From assembly GCA_949290385.1 (NCBI GenBank), contig CASERY010000015.1:1-24208 (forward strand): a DNA stretch of 24,208 bases, read 5' to 3'. The translations under genes and the position numbers were made by a program. Shown here piece after piece: positions 1 to 8,543 of the stretch. Every line of letters starts with the position of its first letter. Within the stretch, counting starts at the first letter, position 1. The notes beneath the pieces were generated by a model. The model was not told where the DNA came from and searched no databases. It worked only from the letters and a program-made list of their open reading frames with translations. Origin of the DNA: an uncultured bacterium. Its GTDB lineage: Bacteria > Verrucomicrobiota > Lentisphaeria > Victivallales > UBA1829.

Positions 1-1
1 A

Positions 2-280
2 GTGATTCGCGCAAGGGAGATTCAGAACCAGCGGTTTCATGGAAAACACTGTTTCTGCAATGCTTTTATGGAGCCTGCACAGATGATTCAGCACTGTGCA
101 CTGGATGGAAAACTGCAAAACCTGATTCGCCATGCTATTACAGAATTCGGCTTAAGTGCAAGAGCTTATGACAGAATTCTCCGAGTCGCTCGTACGATAG
201 CGGATCTGGATGAAAGTGAAAATATCAGTCAGTCTCATTTGTTTGAAGCAATAAGTTTCCGCGCTCTGGACCGGCGTTAA
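2..280 (+). CDS. C-terminal fragment of YifB/ComM family Mg-chelatase-like AAA ATPase (5' end lies outside the window)
   Basis: The ORF is open from the window edge. Its C-terminal motifs GLSARAYDRILRVARTIADLDESE..HLFEAISFRALDR match the conserved ComM/YifB C-terminal domain. Stop is TAA at 278-280. Confidence 0.8.
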   Translation: MIRAREIQNQRFHGKHCFCNAFMEPAQMIQHCALDGKLQNLIRHAITEFGLSARAYDRILRVARTIADLDESENISQSHLFEAISFRALDRR

Positions 281-478
281 TATGGAATTTTCTGAAAAAA
301 AATTTAAAAAAATGGAATTTTATCGAAAAGATCTTGCATTTACTGCAGCAAACTATATTTTTTCTGAGAGAGGGATGTTTTTCACTGTAAAAACATGCAG
401 TCCTGTAAAAAAATTCCAGACCAGCTGGATATGAAAGCCAAAATCAGCCTGGGTAAAAAGGAAAGGATGGATCAATAA

Positions 479-1150
479 ATGACAATGCCGCTGATTGCTG
501 TAAACTTTGTTCAGGCATCTTTTCTGAATTTGGATCTGTTGGATATTTACTGGGTTTTTGCCATCGTGGGGACTGTATGGCTTACCATTTCCACCATTTT
601 GGCATTCTACGGTGCCGGCGACCATTCGGGGCTTGATGTAGATGTTGACATGGATGGAGATATTGATATTCCTCATGTGGATACAGGATTCCTGGACCTG
701 AAAATTTTTTCTGTACGTGCCATTCTGGCATTTTTCACCATGTTCGGATGGGGAGGAGTTGTTTTCGGGGACAGAGGATGGTCCGGATTCTTTCTGGCAT
801 TTTTCTGCGGTCTTGTGATGATGTTTCTTACAGCGCTGTGCATGGCTCTGGTGTTGAAGCTGCAGCAGAATGGAACGGTGAAAAACAGTTCTCTCAAAGG
901 AAAAACAGGCGTTGTGTATCTTTCTGTGCCGGCAGGACGGGTGGGACGGGGACTTGTAACGGTGGCTGTGAATGGTGCTTCCAAAGAGGTTTCCGTAATC
1001 AGTGATAATGCTCTGGATACAGGCACTTCTGTGGTGCTGAAAGAATATTTGGGACAGGATCTTTTTCTGGCCTGTGCAGCACCGGAACAGAAGTCTGTTG
1101 CGAAAGAATCAGGCACGGTTCAGGAAAAAGCGGAAAAGGAAGGGAATTAA
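479..1150 (+). CDS. NfeD-like membrane protein (YqiJ/YuaF-type), partner of the downstream flotillin
   Basis: 223 aa. The N-terminal half is hydrophobic with several TM segments. A C-terminal soluble OB-fold-like segment (GKTGVVYLSVPAGRVGRGLVTVAVNGASKEVSV) is typical of NfeD. A Shine-Dalgarno-like site (GGAAAGGATGG) lies upstream. It sits immediately upstream of an SPFH/flotillin gene, the classic yqiJ-yqiK arrangement. Confidence 0.7.
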   Translation: MTMPLIAVNFVQASFLNLDLLDIYWVFAIVGTVWLTISTILAFYGAGDHSGLDVDVDMDGDIDIPHVDTGFLDLKIFSVRAILAFFTMFGWGGVVFGDRGWSGFFLAFFCGLVMMFLTALCMALVLKLQQNGTVKNSSLKGKTGVVYLSVPAGRVGRGLVTVAVNGASKEVSVISDNALDTGTSVVLKEYLGQDLFLACAAPEQKSVAKESGTVQEKAEKEGN

Positions 1151-1425
1151 ACTGGAGATTCTGAGAGATAAGTCATCGAGTTCCGGAAGTGGGTCCATAT
1201 ACATTGGATAAGCAATGTAGGAGTAGAAACGGAAATCTGCGGGAAGGCGACAATCCGGGAACAGAGAAAAAAAAGTTATGCAGACAAAATAAAAAATGTC
1301 TCCAGATTTTTTCTGAGAATAGCCAAGAGTATGAGAGTAAAATAGAAAATTCAATCGTTTCTGCAGGAAAATGACTGAATAAAAATAACAGAGATATAAA
1401 ATTTTTTTAAAAAGGAGTTTGCCGA

Positions 1426-3123
1426 ATGGTAATTACAGGCTCAATCAACAGCATCACGGGAACAGCCCTTCTTTTTCTGGTGGGGATTTGCATTCTGGGA
1501 CTGATTCTGCTGGCATTTCTTGCACGGTATAAAAAATGCCCGTCCGATCAGGTTATGGTCGTGTTTGGTAAAACCGGCGGTCATAAGGCAAGCACCTGTA
1601 TCCACGGAGGCGCGAAGTTTATCTGGCCGATTATTCAGGATTACGGATTCCTTTCGCTGAGACCTGTTCAGCTGGAAGTGAATCTTCAGAATGCATTGTG
1701 CCTGCAGAATATCCGTATTAATGTCCCGTCTGTTTTCACGGTGGGTATCAGCATTGATGAAACCCTGATGGGCAATGCGGCCAACCGCCTCCTCGGCCTG
1801 CGTCAGGAAGCTATTGCAGAACTGGCAAAGGACATTATTCTGGGTCAGCTGCGTCTGGTAATTGCATCCATGACCATTGAACAGATCAATTCCGACCGCG
1901 AAACATTCCTGCACAATATTGAAGATAATGTGGCTGGTGAGCTTCAGAAGATCGGTCTCCAGCTTTTGAACGTGAATATTACCGATATTTCCGACGAAAG
2001 CGGATATATTGATGCCATCGGAAAACGTGCCGCCGCCGAAGCCATTAACAAAGCCCGTGTGGATGTGGCTGAAGAAGAGCGGAAGGGTGGAATTGGTGAA
2101 GCGGAAGCCCGGAAAGTGCAGCGTATTGCGGTTTCAAAAGCCGAAGCTGCCGCCCAGTCGGGTGAAGCGGAAGCGGAACGTGAGCGTCGTATTGCGGTGA
2201 AACAGGCCGAAGCCGCCGCCCTTTCCGGAGAGGCCGAGGCGGACAAGCAGCGTCGTATTGCGGTGAAACAGGCTGAAGCCGCTGCCCTTTCCGGAGAGGC
2301 CGAGGCGGACAAACAGCGTCGTATTGCGGTGAAACAGGCTGAAGCCGCTGCCCTTTCCGGAGAAGCTGAGGCGGACAAGCAGCGTCGTATTGCGGTGAAG
2401 CAGGCTGAAGCCGCCGCTATTGAAGGTGAAAATATTTCATCTATTGATATTGCAAAATCCAATGCGAACAGAGCGGAACAGGAAGCAGATGCCTTCCGTA
2501 TTGCTGAAATTGCTAAACGCGTGGCTGAAGCCGCTATCAAACAGGCTGACTATCAGGCGGAAATGGAAGCGCAGAAGGCTCGTGCGGGCATGGAAGAAGA
2601 ACGTCAGCGTGCAGAAACCATCGTCAAGGCAAAGATTGAAAAAGAACAGATTGTTATTTCTGCAGAAGCGGAAGCAGAACGACTTTCTGCAGAAGCTAAA
2701 GGACAGGCTGATGCCATCTATCAGAAACTGGAAGCCGAGGCAAAAGGTAATTTCGAAATTTTAAAAGCCAAGGGCGAAGGTTTTCGCGCCATTATAGAGG
2801 CATGTAATTCCGATGCTGATGCGGCAAGCAAAATGCTCCTGATTGAAAAGATGGAAGAGATTGTTAAACTGCAGACGGAAGCTATCCGCAATATCAAGAT
2901 TGACAAAGTTACCGTATGGGATTCTGCGGGTGCTGCTGATGGAAAAAGCTCCACAGCGAATTTTCTCAGCAGTATGATGCAGAGTCTGCCTCCTATCCAT
3001 GATGTGGCACAAATGGCCGGAATTGACTTGCCGGATTATTTAGGGAAGGTGGCTTCAGGAAAAAGCGGAAAGGATGCGGAAAAAACAGTGAAAGATGTTT
3101 CTGCATCTGAAAAAAATATTTAG
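1426..3123 (+). CDS. Flotillin-like SPFH/Band-7 domain protein (YqiK/FloA-like) with Ala/Glu-rich tandem-repeat coiled-coil
   Basis: 565 aa. Shine-Dalgarno site AAGGAG lies 8 nt upstream of the ATG. An N-terminal TM helix is followed by an SPFH domain (VVFGKTGG..., PVQLEVNLQ..., TIEQINSDRETF). A long region rich in EA repeats (AEAEA, RRIAVKQAEAAA) is typical of flotillin. Stop is TAG at 3121-3123; if read through, a TGA follows 10 codons later. Confidence 0.85.
   Translation: MVITGSINSITGTALLFLVGICILGLILLAFLARYKKCPSDQVMVVFGKTGGHKASTCIHGGAKFIWPIIQDYGFLSLRPVQLEVNLQNALCLQNIRINVPSVFTVGISIDETLMGNAANRLLGLRQEAIAELAKDIILGQLRLVIASMTIEQINSDRETFLHNIEDNVAGELQKIGLQLLNVNITDISDESGYIDAIGKRAAAEAINKARVDVAEEERKGGIGEAEARKVQRIAVSKAEAAAQSGEAEAERERRIAVKQAEAAALSGEAEADKQRRIAVKQAEAAALSGEAEADKQRRIAVKQAEAAALSGEAEADKQRRIAVKQAEAAAIEGENISSIDIAKSNANRAEQEADAFRIAEIAKRVAEAAIKQADYQAEMEAQKARAGMEEERQRAETIVKAKIEKEQIVISAEAEAERLSAEAKGQADAIYQKLEAEAKGNFEILKAKGEGFRAIIEACNSDADAASKMLLIEKMEEIVKLQTEAIRNIKIDKVTVWDSAGAADGKSSTANFLSSMMQSLPPIHDVAQMAGIDLPDYLGKVASGKSGKDAEKTVKDVSASEKNI
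2095..2424 (+). repeat. Five tandem 66-bp (22-aa) in-frame repeats inside the flotillin gene (units at 2095, 2161, 2227, 2293, 2359)
   Basis: Read directly from the sequence. Units 2227-2292 and 2293-2358 differ at a single nucleotide (aagcag vs aaacag). The flanking units are more diverged. The encoded unit is GEAEADKQRRIAVKQAEAAALS. Confidence 0.9.
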
Positions 3124-3555
3124 ACGGAGAAAACTGTTTCTGCAAATGCCTGAAGTCTTCTGAAAGGTTGAGCTGAGGGTATTTTTAACAGCTGGCAAAA
3201 GTTGAAGAAAAAGGAAGTCCGTGAGTGCTGAGAAGAGCGTACCCATGGACTTCCTTTTGTGTTTGCAGTGTTCCGGGAAAAAGTCTGTTTCAGAAGACGG
3301 CAATGCGTTCAGCTGTATGAATGAAAATGAAAAAGCTGTTTCCAAAGGTTGATTATTTGCTTTTTCTGCTTAATTTAATAGTACCGGCAATTTTCAGTCA
3401 TCTTCATCAGTCACGGAACAGACGTTTTTTGTGGACCGAAGAAAAAGGCATCTGTTTTTGGCAGACAGAAAAGAGACAGGAGAGATGAAGAACCGGATTG
3501 GCTGGGAAAAAAAGGATATGCTGAAGAAAAAATGAACTAAAGGAGATTTCTGAAG

Positions 3556-4263
3556 ATGAGATTCTGCAGTTCCACTGTACTTTTACTGTTGTTCGGGCTG
3601 ATGAGCGGATGTGTTTCCGAAAAACCTGTGAATATGAACTATATCATGGACTTCCAGACAGGCAACAGGACTGTGGTCAATAAAATTGAGAAAAAAAGCA
3701 GTAAAATTCCTTCTGCTTCAGGACAGTCCAGTTTCTACCGGCTGCTTGCTGAAAATGGACTCAAAGAAAAAGCCGATGGATTTTTTAAAGATGCTCCTGT
3801 GTATTCCTGTCTTTTCTGTTTTGTGGATGAGGATGGCAATACGGGATGGGGCTTCAGTCGTGAAGATACGCTGGAATGTGCAGCAGCCGCGGCTCTTTCT
3901 CTGCCGGATGAAGAGGTGAGAAAAAATCTGGCTCAACGGGCTGCAGATCTGTGGCAGACTGGAAGTGATCGTGAAATCCTGTTGTTTTATGATGAAGTTT
4001 TACGGATGAAATCTCCTTCATGCTGTCTGCTGTTTGAGCAGGAAGGCGAGAACCCTCTTTGCCCGAAAGCGGTACGGGAAGGATATAAAAGAGTGTCTCC
4101 TGAAACCGGGGATACCGAGTTTGTGCGTCATGGACTGCAAAGAGAATTTGCAGAAAACGGCATTCTTGTCAAAGAATACTATTGTGTTAATGGGGAATGT
4201 GTGGGAAATGTGCTGGTTTTTGATCCTGTTACAGGCCTTTTCCCAGCACAGGAAGAAGAATAA
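3556..4263 (+). CDS. Hypothetical lipoprotein of unknown function
   Basis: 235 aa. Shine-Dalgarno site AAGGAG lies 9 nt upstream. The signal peptide ends in a lipobox (LLLLFGLMSG|C). It is Cys-rich and shows no recognisable catalytic motif. Stop is TAA. Confidence 0.6.
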   Translation: MRFCSSTVLLLLFGLMSGCVSEKPVNMNYIMDFQTGNRTVVNKIEKKSSKIPSASGQSSFYRLLAENGLKEKADGFFKDAPVYSCLFCFVDEDGNTGWGFSREDTLECAAAAALSLPDEEVRKNLAQRAADLWQTGSDREILLFYDEVLRMKSPSCCLLFEQEGENPLCPKAVREGYKRVSPETGDTEFVRHGLQREFAENGILVKEYYCVNGECVGNVLVFDPVTGLFPAQEEE

Positions 4264-4721
4264 TCCAGGAGAGAGAAACCTCTGAAGTTTTTACCATGCT
4301 GCCGGATTGACAGGTGGACAAGCTGCTTGTGGAATGGAAGAAGATTGTTACATGGTTTTTTGATGCACTTTGAAAGAATTTTCAGATTCTGTCAAATAAG
4401 CCTTGTGTGAGGACAGATATCCGATGAAAAGATTCCGGAAACGGCAGCAGAAAAAACGGTTTGGGATACATTGAATGGTCCGTGAGCCGTTTTTTTATTT
4501 TGGCCTTGATCGGGAAAATGCTGAACGGATTTCGCGTGTGTGTCTGTTTTGTCCGATTTCGTTTATCTACTGGATATGGAAAAAACTGAATGGATTTTAA
4601 ATTCATCTGATTTTCCACTCCTGGAAAAAACAGCGGAAAGGAAAACACGCTTGCAGAAAATTCTGAAAAAGAAAATCAATGAAAATATTGCTTTTTTGTC
4701 AGAAAGGAAAATCGGAAAACC

Positions 4722-6224
4722 ATGAATATGCAGAAGTCTTTAGACCGGATTAGAGAATTGACCGGTGAAATTTATGATCTCAAAGCTGCTGTAGCACTGT
4801 TGGAGTGGGATCAGGAAGTCTATATGCCGTGCAATGCCGCAGAAGGGCGTGCCAGGCAGATGGCAACTTTGGCATCTTTACTGCATGAGAAGGAAATTTC
4901 AGCGGAATATGCCGGACTGATTGAGAGTTTGAATCCCGAGTCTTTTCCTGAAGATTCTGCAGAAAGGCATCTTGTTTTAAAGCTTCAAAAAAATCTGGCC
5001 AGAAACAGGCGGATTTCGGCATCCTTAGCTGGACGGCTTGCAGGACAAGCTGCTAAAACGCAGAGTGCATGGATGGAAGCGAAGGCTTCTGCCGATTTCA
5101 GCAGGGTGGAGAAGGATCTGAAAGAACTTATTGACCTGAAAAAAGAATATGCGTCGCTGTTTCCAGAAGCAGCCTGTCCCTATGATGCTCTTCTGGATGA
5201 TTACGAAGAGGGTATGACCAGTGCATCGCTGGATCGCATATTTGAGCCGGTACGCAGGGAGCTGCCGGATATTTTAAAGGAGATTCTTGCCCGTCCGCAG
5301 CCGGATGATTCATTTGTGAAAGAGAATATTTACAGCGGTGAAGATCAGATGAAGTTCTGCCGGGATGTTGTCTCTGCCATGGGATATGACTGGTCATGCG
5401 GACGCATTGATTTTACAGAGCACCCTTTTACCACAAATTTTGGTCTTTACGATGTACGTATTACGACTAAAATTCTGGAAAAAGTCCCCTTGAGCTGCAT
5501 TTTCACCTGCATTCATGAGTGCGGACACGCACTGTATGAGCAGAATATCTGCAAAGATTTCGACCGTACACCACTGGCAGACGGGGCTTCCCTGGGTTTT
5601 CATGAATCTCAGTCAAGACTTTGGGAAAATCTGGTTGGCAGGTCTGCTGAGTTCTGGCATGCTTTTTATCCTGTGTTAAAGAAATATTTCCCAAAGCAGC
5701 TGGAAGGTATTTCGGAGAAAGCTTTTCTGAGGGCAGTTAATAATGTGAATCCGGGTGGGATGATTCGGACAGAATCGGATGAAGTCTCTTATAATCTGCA
5801 TATTTTGCTCCGTTATGATCTGGAGCGGGCTCTTTTCAATGAAGGTTTATCGGTGCGGGATCTGCCCGGATGCTGGAATGAGAAAATGAAGGAATATCTG
5901 GGAGTGAGGCCGGCAAATGATTCGGAAGGCATTCTGCAGGATGTTCACTGGTTCTGCGGACTTTTCGGTTATTTCCCAACCTATGCGCTTGGAAATTTTA
6001 TTGGCGCTGCCATGATGGAGAAAATAGACAGAGATCATCCGGAGTTCCGTCAGGAAATTTCCCGGGGGAATCTTGCCCCGTTGAAAAATTATCTTTCCGA
6101 AAAGCTGTATTGTCTGGGAGCGATGTATTCTCCGGCAGAAACCTGGAGACGCATCTGTGGAGATGAGGCTCTTTCCAGCAGGAGTTTTCTGTGTTATCTG
6201 AAACAGAAATATCTGGCGGATTGA
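4722..6224 (+). CDS. Carboxypeptidase Taq family (M32) metallopeptidase
   Basis: 500 aa. It carries the diagnostic M32 motifs HECGHALYEQ (HExxH) and GFHESQSRLWEN, plus the DxRxT region (DVRITTK). Stop is TGA. Confidence 0.85.
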   Translation: MNMQKSLDRIRELTGEIYDLKAAVALLEWDQEVYMPCNAAEGRARQMATLASLLHEKEISAEYAGLIESLNPESFPEDSAERHLVLKLQKNLARNRRISASLAGRLAGQAAKTQSAWMEAKASADFSRVEKDLKELIDLKKEYASLFPEAACPYDALLDDYEEGMTSASLDRIFEPVRRELPDILKEILARPQPDDSFVKENIYSGEDQMKFCRDVVSAMGYDWSCGRIDFTEHPFTTNFGLYDVRITTKILEKVPLSCIFTCIHECGHALYEQNICKDFDRTPLADGASLGFHESQSRLWENLVGRSAEFWHAFYPVLKKYFPKQLEGISEKAFLRAVNNVNPGGMIRTESDEVSYNLHILLRYDLERALFNEGLSVRDLPGCWNEKMKEYLGVRPANDSEGILQDVHWFCGLFGYFPTYALGNFIGAAMMEKIDRDHPEFRQEISRGNLAPLKNYLSEKLYCLGAMYSPAETWRRICGDEALSSRSFLCYLKQKYLAD

Positions 6225-6302
6225 AGAACGGAGAAAAGGATTTTGTCTTTTCCCGTATTGTTCCCTGAAATAAAATTTTTGGGAATGCCGGATAAGAAAA
6301 AC

Positions 6303-6330
6303 TTCACTTTTTAAAAAAAGAATGTATAAT
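6303..6330 (+). promoter_or_regulatory. Putative sigma70-type promoter (TTCACT-N16-TGTATAAT) for the downstream hydrolase gene
   Basis: A perfect TATAAT hexamer at 6325-6330 is preceded by TG. A weak -35 (TTCACT) lies at 6303-6308 with a 16-nt spacer. The six-frame ORF start at 6322 falls inside this promoter, so it is unlikely to be the true start. Confidence 0.4.
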
Positions 6331-6393
6331 AGAAAGAGTTCGGCAAAATGCCGGATATTATTTCCCGCAGGTTTGAAAGAGGCTTTGAAAAAA

Positions 6394-7749
6394 ATGAATA
6401 TGCAGAAAATCAATTACGGACTGGGCCGCAGAGATATTACTCCTTCGGTGCCGGTTTCTCTGGCCGGATATTTCAATACCCGTATGTACACAAATATTCT
6501 GGACCGCATTGAATGCAGGGCTGTTGTGCTGAGGAGCGAAGGAAAACAGTTCCTCCTTCTTCAGTTCGATCTGCTTTGTGTAGATTCAGAACTTTATGAA
6601 AAGGTGCGTGAACGAATCCAGGATTTGAAAGTCTTTAAAGCAGACAATATTCTGATGACTGCCACGCATACCCATACGGCTCCGGATTATCGGAAAAGCT
6701 GTCTGGCGCGCAACCCGGATTATATGAAATTTCTTTTGGATCAGGCGGAAGCGGCTGTGCGAGAGGCAGTGAATGATTCCAGAGAAGGGACTTTCTCCAG
6801 CACAGTTACAAGCGACGGGCGTTTTCTTTTCAACCGCAGATACTGGATGAAAAATGGAAAAGTATTGACCAATCCAGGAAAGCTGAATCCGGAAATTGAT
6901 CGTCCGGAAGGGGTGACAGATCCGGAAATTCCCATGTTGGCAATCTGTAATTCCTATGGTGCAATTCAGGTGCTGTTTGCCAACATTGTCAATCACGCTG
7001 ATACGATTGGAGGAACAGAGGTTTCCGCAGACTGGCCCGGATTTTTCCGCAGATCTCTGGAAAAAGATTTCGGTCCGGAGTCCATGGTGTTTCCGCTGAT
7101 TGGAGCGAGCGGGAATATCAATCATTTTGATGTCTCCACCGAACGGAATCAGACATGTTATGAGGAAGCCAGACGTATTGGTCTTGGCTATGCGGAAACC
7201 GTTCGTTTTTCTCTGGAAACGCTTCAGAAAATGCCGTCCTTTGAGTTTAAGATCTGTGCAAAGGAATTTGATGTTGCCCCTGCTGAAGTCAGCGCGGAGG
7301 AACTTCAGGTCGCCAGAGAGACCTTGGAAAAATACAAGGATGAGCCTGATATCCGGACATTGAAAACAGATTTGACCAGTGAGGATCTGGTATCTGGAAA
7401 ACCTGCAGTTCTGAAGTATTTTGCCCAGAATCTGCTGGATATTGCAAGTCATACTGATCCTTTCAGATGCCGTCTTTGCGGATTGGATCTGGGGTCGGTG
7501 ATGATTGCTTCATTGCCTGGAGAACCTTTTACAGAAATCGGACTTGCTTTGCGCAAGAAGATTTTTAAAGATAAAATCTGCTTTGTGGTAACGCATTCCA
7601 ATGGATTAAGCGGTTATATTCCGAATGTGTGCTGTTATGGACGAGGCGGCTATGAAACGGAAGTCCGTTCAAATCCGTATGAGCATTCTTTTGCGGAAAA
7701 ACTTGAACAGGCTTGGACAGAAATGTCCAAAGAGCTGGAATTCAAATGA
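6394..7749 (+). CDS. Putative hydrolase resembling the neutral/alkaline ceramidase N-terminal domain family (the six-frame ORF start at 6322 is probably wrong)
   Basis: A 452-aa reading from the ATG at 6394 (MNMQKINYGLGRRDITP...). The opening motif G-x-x-x-DITP followed by LAGY is reminiscent of the ceramidase_alk N-terminal domain. The functional call comes from weak motif-level recall only. Stop is TGA. The promoter at 6303-6330 argues for the downstream start. Confidence 0.5.
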   Translation: MNMQKINYGLGRRDITPSVPVSLAGYFNTRMYTNILDRIECRAVVLRSEGKQFLLLQFDLLCVDSELYEKVRERIQDLKVFKADNILMTATHTHTAPDYRKSCLARNPDYMKFLLDQAEAAVREAVNDSREGTFSSTVTSDGRFLFNRRYWMKNGKVLTNPGKLNPEIDRPEGVTDPEIPMLAICNSYGAIQVLFANIVNHADTIGGTEVSADWPGFFRRSLEKDFGPESMVFPLIGASGNINHFDVSTERNQTCYEEARRIGLGYAETVRFSLETLQKMPSFEFKICAKEFDVAPAEVSAEELQVARETLEKYKDEPDIRTLKTDLTSEDLVSGKPAVLKYFAQNLLDIASHTDPFRCRLCGLDLGSVMIASLPGEPFTEIGLALRKKIFKDKICFVVTHSNGLSGYIPNVCCYGRGGYETEVRSNPYEHSFAEKLEQAWTEMSKELEFK

Positions 7750-7809
7750 GATTTTTCAGAGAAAGAAGTAATTTCCGGAAAAAGTTCATAAATTTGTAAG
7801 ATTTTTTCA

Positions 7810-7845
7810 GGCCTGCATGATTTTTTCATGCAGGCCGTTTTTTTC
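7810..7845 (+). terminator. Rho-independent terminator (GGCCTGCATGA-TTTTT-TCATGCAGGCC-G-TTTTTTT)
   Basis: An 11-bp perfect stem with a 5-nt loop is followed by a T7 run. It lies 60 nt after the stop of the 6394..7749 gene. Confidence 0.75.
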
Positions 7846-7947
7846 AAATGAAAAGGGAAGAGACACCACAAGTTTTTAAAAATATCGTTTTATTGATTTA
7901 AAGGACTGTCTGGAGCGTATAAAAGAGAATTTTTTTATTTTTCACTC

Positions 7948-7975
7948 TTGCATTTGACTCCGCAGACAGTATATT
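7948..7975 (+). promoter_or_regulatory. Putative tRNA promoter TTGCAT-N16-TATATT
   Basis: The -35 TTGCAT is at 7948-7953 and the -10 TATATT at 7970-7975, about 30 nt upstream of the tRNA 5' end. An AT-rich UP-like region lies further upstream. Confidence 0.35.
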
Positions 7976-8005
7976 AAACACATATCTTGAAAAGATTGTT
8001 TTTTA

Positions 8006-8084
8006 CGGGGCATCGCTCAGTCTGGTTTAGAGCGCTTGGTTCGGGACTAAGAGGTCGCTGGTTCGAGTCCAGTTGCCCCGACCA
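8006..8084 (+). tRNA. tRNA-Pro (anticodon CGG), with encoded CCA
   Basis: Folded by hand. The acceptor stem CGGGGCA/TGCCCCG has the C1-G72 pair typical of tRNA-Pro. The D arm is GCTC/GAGC. The anticodon stem is CTTGG/CTAAG with loop TTCGGGA (U33, anticodon CGG, G37). The T arm is GCTGG-TTCGAGT-CCAGT. Discriminator A is followed by CCA. The sequence is close to E. coli proK-type tRNA. Confidence 0.85.
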
Positions 8085-8100
8085 TTTATTTAGAGTGTAT

Positions 8101-8150
8101 ACGGAATTTAAACACGGCCTTTGAGTCTTGTTAAAATTCCGTTTTTTTAT
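8101..8150 (+). terminator. Possible terminator after the tRNA (ACGGAATTT ... AAATTCCGT followed by a T-run)
   Basis: A 9-bp stem at 8101-8109 pairs with 8134-8142 across a large 24-nt loop, followed by TTTTTTTATTTT. The large loop makes it weak. Confidence 0.3.
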
Positions 8151-8543
8151 TTTCCCGCTGAAACAGGCTGAAAACTCCATTGCAGGACAGAATTGATTGG
8201 AGTCTTTTTTCAAGGCAGACAGAGAATTAGTTTTTCTGCTCACGTCCAAGGATTACAGAATTATCAAACAGTTGTACCTGGCTTTTGTAATCGCATTTAG
8301 CCAAAATTTGCGTTCAAAACTATCCAAGGATGATAGATTATGCTGTTTACGGTGTGAATGGATGCCTGGGGTTGTAAAATTCAATGAATTTATACGACCG
8401 ATTTTTCCCAACCCCAGCTGTGTCTTGTAATCTCTAATTTAATGGGTATTTTATACCAAGTTAAGTTGTCCAGTTTTCAGTCCGGGACAACCTGCAATCA
8501 AAAATCTGCCTCCCTTTTTTGGAAAAATCACGCACAATTTAGA

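Noticed and set aside
281-478. ATGGAATTTT direct repeat and a TTGCAT...TATATT promoter-like element upstream of the NfeD gene
   Set aside because: The repeats are short and lie in an A/T-rich spacer. The promoter spacing of 14-16 nt is suboptimal. It is plausible but not well enough supported to annotate.
1944-2540. 198-aa minus-strand ORF rich in ASAS/RRCLSASASPERAAASACFTAI repeats
   Set aside because: It is the antisense reading of the flotillin 66-bp tandem repeats. The open frame is a by-product of the GC-rich codon repeats, there is no RBS, and it lies opposite a well-supported gene.
3121-3153. The flotillin TAG stop could also be read through (TEKTVSANA then TGA)
   Set aside because: It cannot be distinguished from a genuine stop, and the 9-aa extension has no conserved features. 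It is noted only as context for the TAG read-through hypothesis.
4540-4725. 61-aa Lys-rich ORF with a GTG start ending in ATGA overlap with the M32 carboxypeptidase start
   Set aside because: The overlap mimics translational coupling. But there is no RBS, the start is non-ATG, and the composition is low-complexity and basic with no TM or known fold. It is more likely an untranslated leader.
6322-6393. N-terminal extension of the hydrolase ORF (MYNRKSSAKCRILFPAGLKEALKK)
   Set aside because: The ATG at 6322 lies inside a near-consensus TGTATAAT promoter element. The start at 6394 is preferred.
4722-6413. Two neighbouring genes both begin MNMQK (identical 14 nt, atgaatatgcagaa, at 4722 and 6394)
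   Set aside because: The match is too short to indicate duplication or a shared regulatory element, and the downstream sequences are unrelated. It is probably coincidence.
6586-7452. 288-aa minus-strand ORF overlapping the ceramidase-like gene
   Set aside because: It is antisense to a strongly supported CDS, has no RBS and low-complexity composition. Other long antisense ORFs were rejected for the same reason: 12703..13683, 13894..14721, 14932..15837, 18272..18760, 19746..20468, 673..1116.
8197-8430. 77-aa plus-strand ORF immediately downstream of the tRNA
   Set aside because: It has no RBS and no recognisable domain, and sits in an AT-rich region that is more likely non-coding or a decayed remnant.
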